From Bacteroidota bacterium (GTDB taxonomy: Bacteria > Bacteroidota > Ignavibacteria > Kapaibacteriales > Kapaibacteriaceae), in NCBI GenBank assembly GCA_039795225.1, contig JBDKEN010000002.1, positions 334,869-398,868 on the forward strand: a DNA stretch of 64,000 nucleotides. The letters are read 5' to 3'. The notes below the pieces were generated by a model that was not told the origin of the DNA, searched no databases, and saw only the letters and a program-made list of their open reading frames with translations. This document shows positions 1 to 12,100 of the stretch, piece by piece. Position 1 is the first letter of the stretch. The number at the start of each line of letters is the position of its first letter. The position numbers and the translations under genes were made by a program.

Positions 1-1780
1 CCATCGTTTCGGCAACTTGCGGTGAGCATGCTTCGGTTACGATCCGACGAGATGGCTTGTCTTCGTATAAAATGTTCCCCATCCGATCTTCAATCCTTGT
101 GATGAAGGTCGAAGAGGAGTGCAATCCCTGATTGATAAAGCAACCGTAGGCCGAGGTGATCTCAAGTGGTGAAACCTCAACGGAGCCAAGCGCAATCGAT
201 GGGACTGCTTGCATGGGAGATGTGATGCCAAGCTTACGGCAGAGTTCAACGACATTTTCCGGAGTTGTGTATCCCGGCATAGTAACAAGGCGCGCAGCTA
301 CGGTATTCGTCGAGAACTTGAGAGCTGTTCTCAGAGGAATCATACCACCACCTTTGCGTGATCCATTCGGCGCCCAGACGGTCCCGTCGCCCAATGTCCA
401 GCTAAAGGGTCCCGCATCAATCATTGACTCTGGCGTGAGCTCTGGTTGTTGCTCAAGGGCACTTGCATAGACAAACGGCTTGAAGGACGAGCCCGGCTGA
501 CGACGGATCTGCGTTACGTGATTCAGGGAATAGCGAGATGCTGCATTCAATCGCATGCTCTGTGGTGATGCACCAACCATCGCGACGATCTTTCCAGTGC
601 GTGGCTCGATCACGACCAGTCCTGTCTGAATGGTTGTGACGATGCGCTTTACACTGTCGACAAATCGACGGTCATTGCGCAATCGATCGGCGATTCCTGA
701 GCGCCGTTCGCTTCGTGCGCCGATGTAGGATGGATGTCGTCGAACAGCGCGCTCGACAAACTCACTGAGGAGTGGGCTTCGTCCGCGCCACGACCACGAA
801 GCATCAAACTGACGCTGGAACTCATTCAGATGTTCGCTTACTGCGTCGTTCGCAGCCTTCTGCACTCGTGAGTCCAGAGTAGTATGAATGACCAGTCCGT
901 CGCGATAGACATCGTGTCCCTCAAGAGCACGACTGAGTTCATCATTGCTTCGCAACTGCTGACGGATCATCTCAACGAAATGCGGTGCGATTCCACGAAA
1001 GACCGACGCAATAGCTGGCTTTCGGAGTCCCTCCGACGTCGCCTCGGCCCATCGAGATTCGTCGAGGAAGCCTTGGTCTAGCATCATCCCGAGGATGAGG
1101 TTACGACGTTCAATACCAAGCGAGTCGTCAGACCCATATTTCTCAGGTGCCTTGAAGAGTCCAACGAGATATGCGCACTCAGCTGTCGTGAGTTGCATTG
1201 GTGCCTTGTTGAAGTATGAGTGGGCGGCCACCCGCAGTCCATAGGCCCCTCGTCCGTAGTACACCGTGTTGGCGTACATCTCGAGGATTTCGTTCTTCGT
1301 GTACGCACGTTCAATCTGCAGTGCGGTCCAGGCCTCGCGAATCTTGCGCGAAAGGGTCTGCTCCCTCGTGAAGTAGAGGTTGCGCGCCAGTTGTTGCGTG
1401 AGCGTTGAAGCCCCCTCCTTTGCCCTGAGGGCAAAGAGGTTCTTTACGGCCGCCTTGAAGATCCGCGTCATGTGCACACCCCAATGGTCGTAGAATGCGC
1501 GATCTTCTGTGGCGATCAATGCATGAATAAATGCTGGCGGTATCGAATCGTACCCAATGTTAGTTCGGCGCGTCGTGGCGTAAAGGTCGAGCATTACGCC
1601 ATCGGCACTATACACCTGCGTTGCAAGTTCTTGCGGTGGGTTTTCAAGCTGCTCAAGCGTTGGAAGGCCGCTGCTCAACGAATACCAGATTGTGCCGACA
1701 ATCACCAGGGTGCCGACGACGAGGGTGATGCCCGCAATACGGGCAACACGAGAGGGGGTAATGATGGAGAGCAGAGACAT
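1..1780 (-). CDS. mrcA: Class A penicillin-binding protein (PBP1A-type: GT51 glycosyltransferase + transpeptidase). The C-terminus runs off the window start.
   Basis: Absent from the ORF track because it is open to position 1. My minus-strand translation from ATG 1780-1778 has no stop. It begins MSLLSIITPSRVARIAGITLVVGTLVIV (TM anchor). GT51 motifs follow: EDRAFYDHWGV, GASTLTQQLARN, RKIREAW..IERAYTKNEILEMYAN. Transpeptidase motifs: QPGSSFKPFVY (SxxK) and KFSTN (SxN). Confidence 0.9.
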   Translation of the reverse strand, partial: MSLLSIITPSRVARIAGITLVVGTLVIVGTIWYSLSSGLPTLEQLENPPQELATQVYSADGVMLDLYATTRRTNIGYDSIPPAFIHALIATEDRAFYDHWGVHMTRIFKAAVKNLFALRAKEGASTLTQQLARNLYFTREQTLSRKIREAWTALQIERAYTKNEILEMYANTVYYGRGAYGLRVAAHSYFNKAPMQLTTAECAYLVGLFKAPEKYGSDDSLGIERRNLILGMMLDQGFLDESRWAEATSEGLRKPAIASVFRGIAPHFVEMIRQQLRSNDELSRALEGHDVYRDGLVIHTTLDSRVQKAANDAVSEHLNEFQRQFDASWSWRGRSPLLSEFVERAVRRHPSYIGARSERRSGIADRLRNDRRFVDSVKRIVTTIQTGLVVIEPRTGKIVAMVGASPQSMRLNAASRYSLNHVTQIRRQPGSSFKPFVYASALEQQPELTPESMIDAGPFSWTLGDGTVWAPNGSRKGGGMIPLRTALKFSTNTVAARLVTMPGYTTPENVVELCRKLGITSPMQAVPSIALGSVEVSPLEITSAYGCFINQGLHSSSTFITRIEDRMGNILYEDKPSRRIVTEACSPQVAETM

Positions 1781-1784
1781 AGAA

Positions 1785-3416
1785 CTACTGGACCTTTACC
1801 AATTCAACGCGACGACAGCGCTTGCGCCATGATTCAGCGGATTCATCGGGCCGACGCGGCAGGAGCTCTCGTTCACCTTGTGAGCGACCTTCGAGAATCG
1901 TTGCCGGCAGTCCTCCATCGATAAGGCGCTGGATGATAAAGTCAACACGTTTCTTCCCAAGGAGAAGATTGTTCTCATCGGTATCGACATCATCGGTGTG
2001 ACCTGTGAGTACGAGCTTTCGCACGTTCCCGTTGCTGGACAAAACATTGGTGACGAGATCCTGAACGTCTCGTTTCCACGATCGGTCCTGCTCGATACCA
2101 TTCGAATCAAGTGTCCCTTCGTATGGAACATCAAAGACCGATGTTGGAAAATTCACACGCAACACAAAGGTTGGAGAAAGGCCAAGGGGCTTCTCGGCAT
2201 TCACGATTGCATCGCGCGCACTAGCCGGGACAACCGTTACAAAATTGTCGAAAAAGAGCTCACGATTCTGTGCTGTAATCTCGACGGGCTTGCCTGTTGG
2301 TATACGAAGTCGATACTCTCCGGTGCTGTCCGTTTCTGTGCGGGAGAGAATCTCCGTGGATTCAGGAAGTCGTGCTAGGACTTCAGCATTGATGATGGGT
2401 CGGTTGGTGGTGGTGTTGATGACCCGGCCGACGAGTGTAGCACTCTCGATGTCTATTGTCGCAACAGGAGGGTTAACGGGGCTTGCAGTCGCAGGGGTAT
2501 TCGTGCGTGTGAGTGACCAGACATCAAAGTCCTGACGCTCAGCACGACGACCCGTTGGGCGATTTGATGCCACGTACCACGTCGAGTCGTTGGTCAAGGC
2601 CGGGAAGATCTCATCCGCCGAGGAGTTGATTGGCATCCCAACGTTGCGCACTGGGCCGATTCGGAGTGAGTCGGCTTCCTCGAGCAGTTGCGCTTCGTGA
2701 ATGTCGTAGCCGCCATATGAGGTGTGCCCTGGTGAGCTGAACAAGAGCGTGTTCTGCGAGGTCACCCATGGAGAAAGTTCGTCACAGGGAGTATTTGCTG
2801 CGACCAGTGGACGCGGTTGGCTGATCCTGCCATTGTGGAGCCGGCAATACCAGATATCTGCACCGCCTGGTTCTGCAGCCCGATCCGAGGAAAAGATGAT
2901 CCACCGACCATCGGGAGTTACGCTCGGGTGTCCATCCCACGAGATTGCCTCATCAATAAGAGGCGTGGACTCAATCGTCGTGGTGTCCGCACGAAACGTT
3001 GATCGATAGATTCCAGCATCGCCCATTGTACGCAGTGGCTGTTGCGCGGTGACCATTGCCACAATGCCGTTGATCGGGTAGTCGGTTGGTGTTGCTGCTG
3101 TAACGGTGCTATCATCAGTTCGATGCCACACCACTGTCTGTGCATCTCGAGGTGCTATCCCGACGATGCCGAGTGCTGATGATGAGTTGAGCGGCAAAAG
3201 CCCATACTCTTGGTCGGGAGTGCTCGCCCCATTCACGCGTCGAAACGCCCATGATTGCGCGTCGAATCGCAAGGTACTGTCTCGAGGCGGACGTGCCTCA
3301 CATCGTGGCGGTGGGGGTGGTGGTGGCGGCGGTTCGGCGTGTCGGGAGTAGCGTGGCAATGAGCAGGCGCTCAGAACTGCGAGCAATGCCACTGCGACAG
3401 ACCTAGAGAAATGCAA
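1785..3416 (-). CDS. PD40/TolB-like beta-propeller + CarboxypepD_reg-like + OmpA_C lipoprotein (OmpA family)
   Basis: The track ORF is 1785..3692, but its first ~90 aa overlap aat. A lipoprotein signal appears after internal TTG 3416-3414: (M)HFSRSVAVALLAVLSAC. It is followed by a PPPPPPPPP linker, PD40-like repeats (WDGHPSVTPDGRWIIFSSDR..GGADIWY), a GRVINTTTNRPIINAEV..TDSTGEYRLRIP segment, and an OmpA_C end (LVLTGHTDDVDTDENNLLLGKKRVDFIIQRL..RRVELV). The start codon is inferred. Confidence 0.8.
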   Translation of the reverse strand: MHFSRSVAVALLAVLSACSLPRYSRHAEPPPPPPPPPRCEARPPRDSTLRFDAQSWAFRRVNGASTPDQEYGLLPLNSSSALGIVGIAPRDAQTVVWHRTDDSTVTAATPTDYPINGIVAMVTAQQPLRTMGDAGIYRSTFRADTTTIESTPLIDEAISWDGHPSVTPDGRWIIFSSDRAAEPGGADIWYCRLHNGRISQPRPLVAANTPCDELSPWVTSQNTLLFSSPGHTSYGGYDIHEAQLLEEADSLRIGPVRNVGMPINSSADEIFPALTNDSTWYVASNRPTGRRAERQDFDVWSLTRTNTPATASPVNPPVATIDIESATLVGRVINTTTNRPIINAEVLARLPESTEILSRTETDSTGEYRLRIPTGKPVEITAQNRELFFDNFVTVVPASARDAIVNAEKPLGLSPTFVLRVNFPTSVFDVPYEGTLDSNGIEQDRSWKRDVQDLVTNVLSSNGNVRKLVLTGHTDDVDTDENNLLLGKKRVDFIIQRLIDGGLPATILEGRSQGERELLPRRPDESAESWRKRCRRVELVKVQ

Positions 3417-3978
3417 CGTCAGTGCGCGCGAGCGCCGTTTGCAGAATGGTAATGTAATCTGCGTCGGGAATCTCAATGGCACCAAGCGAGGCCGTAAAAT
3501 CATTAATGTACTGGGTATCCAGCAGGAGGAAATTGTGGTCACGAAGATGATCAACGAGTCTGGCGAAGGCCACCTTCGAGGCGTTTGATTGCGTGGAGAA
3601 CATCGACTCTCCGAAGAAGGCAGCATGAATGGCCACGCCATAGAGTCCACCAACAATGTTGTCGTCACTCCACGTTTCCACGCTGTGAGCATAGCCCATG
3701 TCGTGGAGTTCGAGGTAGGTGTCGATAATATCGCTTGTGATCCAGGTTTGGTCGCGCTGCGAACACCGTAATATAACCGTAGAGAACGCCTGATTTATTG
3801 TGGTCCGAAGACGCCCTTTCCGGACCTCCTTCGCGACCGAGCGCGGAATGTGGACAGCCTCTAACGGGATGATGGCGCGTTCGGGAGGGCGGTGCCAATA
3901 GACCTGACCATCGTCTTCATCTCCCATGGGAAAGAAGCCACGCTGATATCCCATCAAAACAAGGTGGGGATCAAGCAC
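3403..3978 (-). CDS. aat: Leucyl/phenylalanyl-tRNA--protein transferase
   Basis: Matches the L/F-transferase core: GYQRGFFPMGD..VYWHRPPERAIIPL, WITSDIIDTYLELHDMGYAHSVETW, GGLYGVAIHAAFFGESMFS. The track start at 4143 overlaps trmB. Likely starts are GTG 3978 (8-nt overlap with the trmB stop) or ATG 3954. Confidence 0.85.
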   Translation of the reverse strand: MLDPHLVLMGYQRGFFPMGDEDDGQVYWHRPPERAIIPLEAVHIPRSVAKEVRKGRLRTTINQAFSTVILRCSQRDQTWITSDIIDTYLELHDMGYAHSVETWSDDNIVGGLYGVAIHAAFFGESMFSTQSNASKVAFARLVDHLRDHNFLLLDTQYINDFTASLGAIEIPDADYITILQTALARTDVAFL

Positions 3979-4681
3979 GATCCTCGACCCTCTTTGCCGA
4001 GTATCGGACGTAAGGGATGCCCTTTGCGTCGCAGAAGAGTTGCTGGTCGGTTCGAAACGGGAATGGCCATGTCGTGTCATCGGCGTCGTTTTCCAGATCA
4101 AACAGTGGCGACGCACGAAGCACTTCGCGCTGATAGACATCAACGTCGGGTCGATCAGTAGCTAGCCACAAACGTCCATCCGGACGGAGCACCCGGTGGA
4201 TCATCGCAAGGAACTCCGGTGTAAAGGCACGTCGCTTGTGGTGTCGCTTCTTCGGCCAGGGGTCCGGAAAGAGGTACACTGCGTAGTCAATTGACTGGGG
4301 TTCGATCCAGTCGAGACCGTTTGCGAGGGTGTACCATTCGGCGTGGGCATTGCCAAGACCTTCACCCCGTGCGACCTCATTTATATAGTCGGCCAGGACG
4401 GAGCGAACCTCGATGCCCAAAATATTTCGGTCTGGGAACGCCGCCGCATGTTGCAGGAGAAACGCACCCCGGCCACACCCAAGGTCGAGCACGTTAGCCG
4501 GCTGACCCGAGCTAAACCATTCAGCCCATTGGGCTTGGTCGCGTGTTGGGGGGTACCACGGGGCGATAATATGCTGCTGCGACGCCGGCATATACACCTG
4601 TGGGTTAGCATGGTGTCGCACGCGCGGAATCGGGTATTTCGCCCAGTCTATTTGCGGAGATTCTGTTTGACGTCTATCCAT
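3971..4681 (-). CDS. trmB: tRNA (guanine-N7)-methyltransferase
   Basis: SAM-binding motif VLDLGCGRGAFLL, and the TrmB signature YLFPDPWPKKRHHKRR. Confidence 0.9.
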   Translation of the reverse strand: MDRRQTESPQIDWAKYPIPRVRHHANPQVYMPASQQHIIAPWYPPTRDQAQWAEWFSSGQPANVLDLGCGRGAFLLQHAAAFPDRNILGIEVRSVLADYINEVARGEGLGNAHAEWYTLANGLDWIEPQSIDYAVYLFPDPWPKKRHHKRRAFTPEFLAMIHRVLRPDGRLWLATDRPDVDVYQREVLRASPLFDLENDADDTTWPFPFRTDQQLFCDAKGIPYVRYSAKRVEDRA

Positions 4682-4683
4682 AC

Positions 4684-6855
4684 GTGCTACAAATGTACCA
4701 TTCCGTATATTCGCCGTTCTTCCGACCGCCGAAACGGGGAGGGAGGGCTTTGCCGATAGTATGTTGTGGAGGACTCTTGAGTTCGAAAAATCTGGGCAAA
4801 TGGCTGCTCATTGTGTTGCCGCTCGCAGCAGCGTTTCTGTTGCTATGGCCAACGATCAATTACTCCCTTCTCTCGTCTGAACGGGCAGAACTTGAAGCCG
4901 ACACGTCGCGTGCCGGCCGCGAGGCGCTAGCTCGATGGGATGCTGAGAACAAGGAGGAGTTTGACAACGCCCGTGCCGGACGGATCAAGCTCGGACTTGA
5001 CCTCCGCGGTGGTGCGTATCTGACCCTCGAAGTGGACGTCCTGAAGCTGATCGAATCGTCTGCTGATGCCTCAGCAGTCGACGATGACTTCCGCGCCATC
5101 ATCGAGGAGACGCGCCAAGCAACGGACAACTCCGATCTCGACGTGCTGACGGTGTTCCTGGAGAAGTTCCGTGCCAAGGGCAAACAGCTCGTGAACTACT
5201 TCCCAGCCTCCGAGCTTACAGAGCAAGCGGTTGAGGAGAAGCTGCGTCGTGATGCCGCCGGGTCTGTCGATCAGGCCATGGAGGTTCTCTCACAACGTAT
5301 CAACAAGTACGGTGTGTCAGAAGTCAGCATCCAAAAGCAGGGCGCTCGGCGCTTGGTTATCGAGCTTCCTGATGAAAAGGATACTGTGCAGATGCGAGAA
5401 TTGCTCCAGCAGACGGCACGTCTGGAGTTCAAGCGCGTCATGACCGATCGCAACTTGATCAGCACCTTCTATGCTATCGACGCTGCCTACCGCAACGTGA
5501 AGTCCGGCATGCCAGCCGTGGCCCCAGTTGTGGACACCGCAGTTGTAGACTCAAGCAAGAAGACGGATGTCGCTGCCAAGACAACCAAGGCCGACACGGC
5601 GAAGGCCGATACATCGAAGGCCAAGGCTGACACAGCGAAGGGTCCAAAGGACCCATATAAGGGGCTCAGTGACGACGAAAAAGCCCGTCGCATTAAGGCT
5701 GACTTCCCATTCAGCTACATGATCTTCGGAAGCGTTGCTGCAAACGAGCAGTCGCAGCCACAGCAGTTCGACATGGTTGGCCTGAAGATTAACGATATCA
5801 CTCCCGACAAGCTTCCCGAAACCGGCATCTACGGATTCCGTATTCCTGCTGAGAAACTCCAAGAGTTCTTGAAGATTTTGAGCATCCCTGCCGTTCGCAG
5901 CGCAATGCCGGCTGATGTCGACATCGTTGTGTCGGCAAGCGGTGATGCAAGCAAGCCTGGTGCGCAGCCAGAAGTCTACGACGTGTACGGTGTGGCACGT
6001 GAGGCAGATCTGACGGGCGACGTCATCGAAGATGCCTATCCGAGCTTCGATAACTCGAACCAGCCAATCGTGCTCATGAACATGAATGCAGAAGGTTCCG
6101 ATGAGTGGGCCCGCATCACGGGAGCCAACATTGGTAAGCGCATTGCCGTTGTTCTCGACGATCGTGTTTGGTCTGCTCCTACGGTGCAGAACAAGATCCC
6201 GAATGGTTCTTCCCAGATTACGGGCTCGTTCAAGCCGGAAGATGCAATGCGTCTCGCTGTCGTCCTGAAGGCCGGTGCCCTGAAGGCTCCGGTGAAGATT
6301 ATCGAAGAGCGAGTGGTCGGTCCTTCCCTTGGAGAAGATTCGATTCGTCGTGGTCTCACAAGTACGGGAATCTCGTTTGCATTGATCATCCTGTTCATGC
6401 TGGCATATTATGCCATCGGTGGTGCTATCGCTGACGTTGCACTTCTCATGAACATCTTGCTGACGGTTGCAGGTTTGGCTGCATTCGGCGGTACGATGAC
6501 GCTTCCTGGTATTGCTGGTTTGATCCTTTCGGTAGCAATGGCGGTGGATGCCAACATCCTGATCTTCGAGCGCATGCGCGAAGAGATATATGCTGGCAAA
6601 ACACTCAAGAGTGCTGTCGAGCAGGGCTTCAGCCGCGCATGGAGCGCCATTCTTGACTCGAACCTGACGAATATCGCCGGCGCTATCCCGCTGATTGTCT
6701 GGGGTTCCGGACCAATCAAGGGATTCGCTATTACCCTTCTCGTCGGTGCCATCATCACTCTGTTCACGGCCGTGGTTGTCACCCGGGCGATGTTCCAGCT
6801 GCTGATTGCCGGTGGTGCCACAACCCTCAACATTGGACAGAAGAGGACGGCCTAA
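4684..6855 (+). CDS. secD: Protein translocase subunit SecD
   Basis: N-terminal TM helix (KWLLIVLPLAAAFLLLW), a large periplasmic domain, and a C-terminal 6-TM region (GPSLGEDSIRRG..AMAVDANILIFERMREE). GTG 4684 lies only 2 nt from the divergent trmB start, so the true start is probably downstream. In-frame candidates are ATG 4693, a TTG near 4750, and TTG 4777. Confidence 0.9.
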   Translation: MLQMYHSVYSPFFRPPKRGGRALPIVCCGGLLSSKNLGKWLLIVLPLAAAFLLLWPTINYSLLSSERAELEADTSRAGREALARWDAENKEEFDNARAGRIKLGLDLRGGAYLTLEVDVLKLIESSADASAVDDDFRAIIEETRQATDNSDLDVLTVFLEKFRAKGKQLVNYFPASELTEQAVEEKLRRDAAGSVDQAMEVLSQRINKYGVSEVSIQKQGARRLVIELPDEKDTVQMRELLQQTARLEFKRVMTDRNLISTFYAIDAAYRNVKSGMPAVAPVVDTAVVDSSKKTDVAAKTTKADTAKADTSKAKADTAKGPKDPYKGLSDDEKARRIKADFPFSYMIFGSVAANEQSQPQQFDMVGLKINDITPDKLPETGIYGFRIPAEKLQEFLKILSIPAVRSAMPADVDIVVSASGDASKPGAQPEVYDVYGVAREADLTGDVIEDAYPSFDNSNQPIVLMNMNAEGSDEWARITGANIGKRIAVVLDDRVWSAPTVQNKIPNGSSQITGSFKPEDAMRLAVVLKAGALKAPVKIIEERVVGPSLGEDSIRRGLTSTGISFALIILFMLAYYAIGGAIADVALLMNILLTVAGLAAFGGTMTLPGIAGLILSVAMAVDANILIFERMREEIYAGKTLKSAVEQGFSRAWSAILDSNLTNIAGAIPLIVWGSGPIKGFAITLLVGAIITLFTAVVVTRAMFQLLIAGGATTLNIGQKRTA

Positions 6856-6856
6856 C

Positions 6857-7837
6857 ATGGACCTGATTAAAAAGACGAATATTGACTTTGTCACAAAGCG
6901 CAACTTTTTCCTGCGCTTGTCGATCATGGCCAGCGTTATCGGTCTGATCGTGATTCTCCTTCCGCAGGTTCCTGGTTTGGGCCTTCCGAAGCTGATCGAG
7001 CCAGGTATCGACTTCACGGGTGGTACGCAAACCACCGTGTCGTTCGCCAACACGGCCACGTCGGCAGAAGATGTCCGCCAAGCCCTGGCGAAGGCTGGCT
7101 ATACTAGCGCAGAAATCAAGACGTTTGGTAAGGATGGAGACTTCCTGATCCGGATTAATGATTTCAAGGATGAAGCCTCCAAGGTCTCTGCTGACCTCGT
7201 TACGAAGCTGAATTCAGCATTTTCGAAGAACGGCGAGAAGGCCGTCATCCTTCTCGGTGCAGATAACGTTGGTGCCAAGGTCTCGTCGGAGTTGGCCACT
7301 GATGCGATTATCTCGCTGATCATTGCAACGGTCATCATCCTTCTCTACGTTGCGTTTCGTTTCGAGTTCGTCTATGGTATTTCTGCCATCGTTGCTCTTG
7401 CACACGACGTGACAATGGCATTCGTGATTTCGGTTCTGGTGAACAAGCTCGGCATCCTCAACCTGGAGCTTTCCATCAACTCGCTTGCGGCGTATCTGAC
7501 GATCCTTGGATACTCGATCAACGATAAGGTGGTGGTGTTCGACCGGATCCGTGAGAACCGTGAGCGCCATCGTGGAATGCCCCTTGCAGAGCTCGTGAAT
7601 CTCTCGCTCAACGAAACATTGAGTCGTACGCTCATCACGGGCGTGTCGGTTCTTGCTGCGTTGTTGGTGATGGTCTTCATGGGTGGTGACGTGCTTGAAG
7701 GTTTTGCCTTCACGATGTTCATCGGCATCATCGTTGGTACCTACTCGTCGATCTACGTTGCTTCTTCATTCTTGATCTGGTACACTGAGCGCGTTAAGCA
7801 TAAGAACGTTGGCTCAGTTGCGCATACCGAAGCCTGA
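6857..7837 (+). CDS. secF: Protein translocase subunit SecF
   Basis: ATG 6857 sits 1 nt after the secD stop codon. The protein begins MDLIKKTNIDFVTKRNFFLRLSIMASV, and carries the SecF C-terminal TM region (GYSINDKVVVFDRIREN). Confidence 0.92.
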   Translation: MDLIKKTNIDFVTKRNFFLRLSIMASVIGLIVILLPQVPGLGLPKLIEPGIDFTGGTQTTVSFANTATSAEDVRQALAKAGYTSAEIKTFGKDGDFLIRINDFKDEASKVSADLVTKLNSAFSKNGEKAVILLGADNVGAKVSSELATDAIISLIIATVIILLYVAFRFEFVYGISAIVALAHDVTMAFVISVLVNKLGILNLELSINSLAAYLTILGYSINDKVVVFDRIRENRERHRGMPLAELVNLSLNETLSRTLITGVSVLAALLVMVFMGGDVLEGFAFTMFIGIIVGTYSSIYVASSFLIWYTERVKHKNVGSVAHTEA

Positions 7838-9118
<1,281 letters not shown>

Positions 9119-9196
9119 GTCGTAGGGAACGTTTCCCAGCAGAAGGGGTTTAGGGACTAGATGCCAATGATTTGGTATGTTCCCAGTCGGAAACCC

Positions 9197-12100
9197 ATGC
9201 GATCTATCCTTTCCATTCTTGCACTTGCCCTCAGCATCATTGGTGCCTCTGCTCAAATGGCCCAACGATGGAAGAAGGTTGCATTGCCCGCGCCGTATGA
9301 CGGCGGATACTACCTCGACATTTTCTTCTTGCCGAGCAATCCTAACCTCGGTTGGGCCTGTGACCAGAATCAAGGTTACGTGGTGCGGACAACCGACGGC
9401 GGAGCCTCATGGCGGGGGACAACCGTGCTTGGCGGCGGGAGTTGCCATCTCGAATACATCCAATTCCTCGATGCGAATGTCGGCTACTGCTCCGGCCCAT
9501 GTGGCATGTTCAAATCCACGGACGGTGGAGCAACATGGTCGAGCATCAAGCCAGCTGGTTCTCCGCTTATATGGGGCGGCTGGTTTAGGTCTGCCACGGA
9601 AGGGTGGTTTACAGGGGGCGGATGTGGTTCGTGTACGTTTCTCAAGACGACAGATGGTGGGGCAACATTCACCACCGTCACCGACACAACAATAAAACGG
9701 TCGATCCTTACTGATCCCTACTGGGCAGCCGACATGGCTCCCGGTGAAGTGTTTGCAATTGGCAGCGGAACGCTGTGGCGCTCAGACGACTATGGCGACA
9801 CCTGGCAGGTTCACGCATATACCGGTACAAACTCTCCATGGCATGAGGAACTTGCCATGGTTGGCCAGTCAGTGCTGATTCCCAATGACCGCGAGCGATG
9901 CGGCAGCCCTCCGGTTAACCCAGGAATGCGATTTAGTCCTGACCGTGGACAGACGTGGCGAAACTTCGCTACGGGTGTGCCCATGTATGGCACGTTTCTC
10001 CATGATGCTCAGCGTGGCTGGGCAGCTGGACAGAGTGAAGCCGTTTACTACACCTCGGACGCCGGACAGACATGGGTAAAGCGGTCCTGTGGTCTTGAAG
10101 GTGCAAGCACGGATGACATCTTCTTTGTCGATGACGACAACGGCTGGGTTGTAGGCCAGGGTCTGTTCCGAACAGCCCCGGCGCTTCGTACACAGACTGA
10201 TACCATTGTTCGGTTTCTTTCGGTATGTCCTGATTCAACAGCGCGAGACACCATCCGGTTTCGTAATGTAAATTGGTTTGCTTCACCGTGGACAGCAACA
10301 ATAGCTGGTCCTGATGCCGGAATGTTCAGCATCGCGAACGCTCCTTTGGCAACCACAATTGGTTCGTGCGCGAATCAAAATGTAATCGTGCAGTATCGTC
10401 CAACATCACGTGCATCACATTCCGCAGCGCTCATCGTTACGTTCCAACAGCCGGATACAACTCTTGTTGTTCAGTTAGAAGGTACACCGAGTGTGCCAAC
10501 AGCAAATCCGATCGATACCGTCGTAACGTTTACAGCGCCAGTTGGCCAGCCCCTTGCAAAGACGCTCGTCTGGCGCTCCTCCTCATCCAGTATGCTGGAA
10601 TCGATTATCTCGATCAGTTATGCAGGGGGCGATACGACGATTTCAATGACTGCCGCACGGTACCCAGAGATTGTCCGCTCAGATGTTACACTTACCTACA
10701 TCAACGCTGTTCCACAGGATACAGGCTGGACCCAGGCGCGATTCCGAGTCCGTCTTGGACCATGCCCGCGCGATACCATTATCACGGTCCGTATCTATGG
10801 CCTTTCGCCAATAATCACATGTCCAAGCGGCGCCCTTGCTTCAGCAGGATGCTCATCTGTTGATACCCTTCGCGTGCCGATAAGCAACACGGGCAACGCT
10901 GCGCTAGAAATCACCTCATTGAAGATTGATCAAAGTGCATCGACAGCATTTTCGATCGTTGGGTTTACAAGCGGGCGAAAAGGCATGCCATGGATGATTC
11001 CCGTAGGTGAGCGTGATACCATTCTGATAGCCTATCGTTCTGATCGCGGAAGAGATGTTTCAACTCTGGAGATTATCAGTAACGATAGGACACGTAAGCG
11101 AGGAGTCAAAACGCCATGGTATGTTGCTTTGCAGGGTCTCTCCGATAGGCCACGTATAACGATCGATAAGCGAATCATCAATCTTGGCTCGCTCTGCCGA
11201 GGTTCGGTTATTGAGCGGAATATCAATGTTTCGAATGGTGGGCTTGTACTTGCATCGGTTGCTGCTACTGAAAATGCGGCGGCATTGGAGGTACGTCCTG
11301 GCTCGATCATGGATGTGCCCCCTGGTCAGACTCGACAAATTGTTGTCGCCTTCACCCCGACGAATTCTGGTCCATTCTCTGACACCGTCTTCATCAGCAT
11401 TGAACCATGCGACACCATTATTCCGGTCGTTGTGACGGGAGTTGTTGAAGACCCGTTGATACAGATCGAGCCAGCCGTTGTTCGCGCCAGTGGAATGGCG
11501 AACGACACATTGAGAGGGCGTGCTGTCATCCGTTTGGTGCGTGGCGATAGTGTGCGCGTGTCGGATATCCGTATAAGCCCCCTACCAGCTGCGTTGCGCT
11601 TCACCCTGCCGTCACTTCCGCGAATATTGATTGCGACTGATAGCATCGTCGTTAATCTCACCTACAGTACGCCTGTTCCATCTGAGTATCGAGGTGTTAT
11701 CGAAGTCGTTGGTGCCACATCGTGTACAACGCGTGCCTCGTCCGAGATTCACTTTGTGGTTTCCAGTAACGAAGTTGAGATTACTCCGGACACTGTCTTC
11801 TGGTCGTATCGCTGTGAAAACAATTCGGAGCCGCGGCTGATAACTGTGCTTGCAAAGGGCACCATTCCCGTTACTGTAAAGAGTGTTCGCAAGCGTTCGG
11901 CAGCAAGTCCATTTTTCGTTACGGGACCCGGGTTTCCACTCATTGTGAACCCAGGTGAGCAGAAGACCATTACCATAGAGTTTACACCGTCGGCACCGGG
12001 ACGGTATTTCGACACATTGGATGTCGAGACAACCGTTGATGGTATGAATGCCATGATCCCTCTTCAAGGCGAATACCTCATTGGATCGGTTGCAACCGAA

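Noticed and set aside
3417-3692. Upstream 92 codons of ORF 1785..3692
   Set aside because: They overlap the well-supported aat gene in another frame and contain no signal peptide. The lipoprotein signal starts only after TTG 3416.
4296-4316. tRNA T-loop-like GGTTCGATCC
   Set aside because: It lies inside the trmB coding sequence. The flanks do not form an acceptor or anticodon cloverleaf.
5551-7059. 502-aa ORF on the minus strand
   Set aside because: It is entirely antisense to secD and secF, whose products have unmistakable family motifs. Its translation is Cys/Arg/His-rich with no recognisable domain. This is a typical shadow ORF produced by the codon bias of the sense genes.
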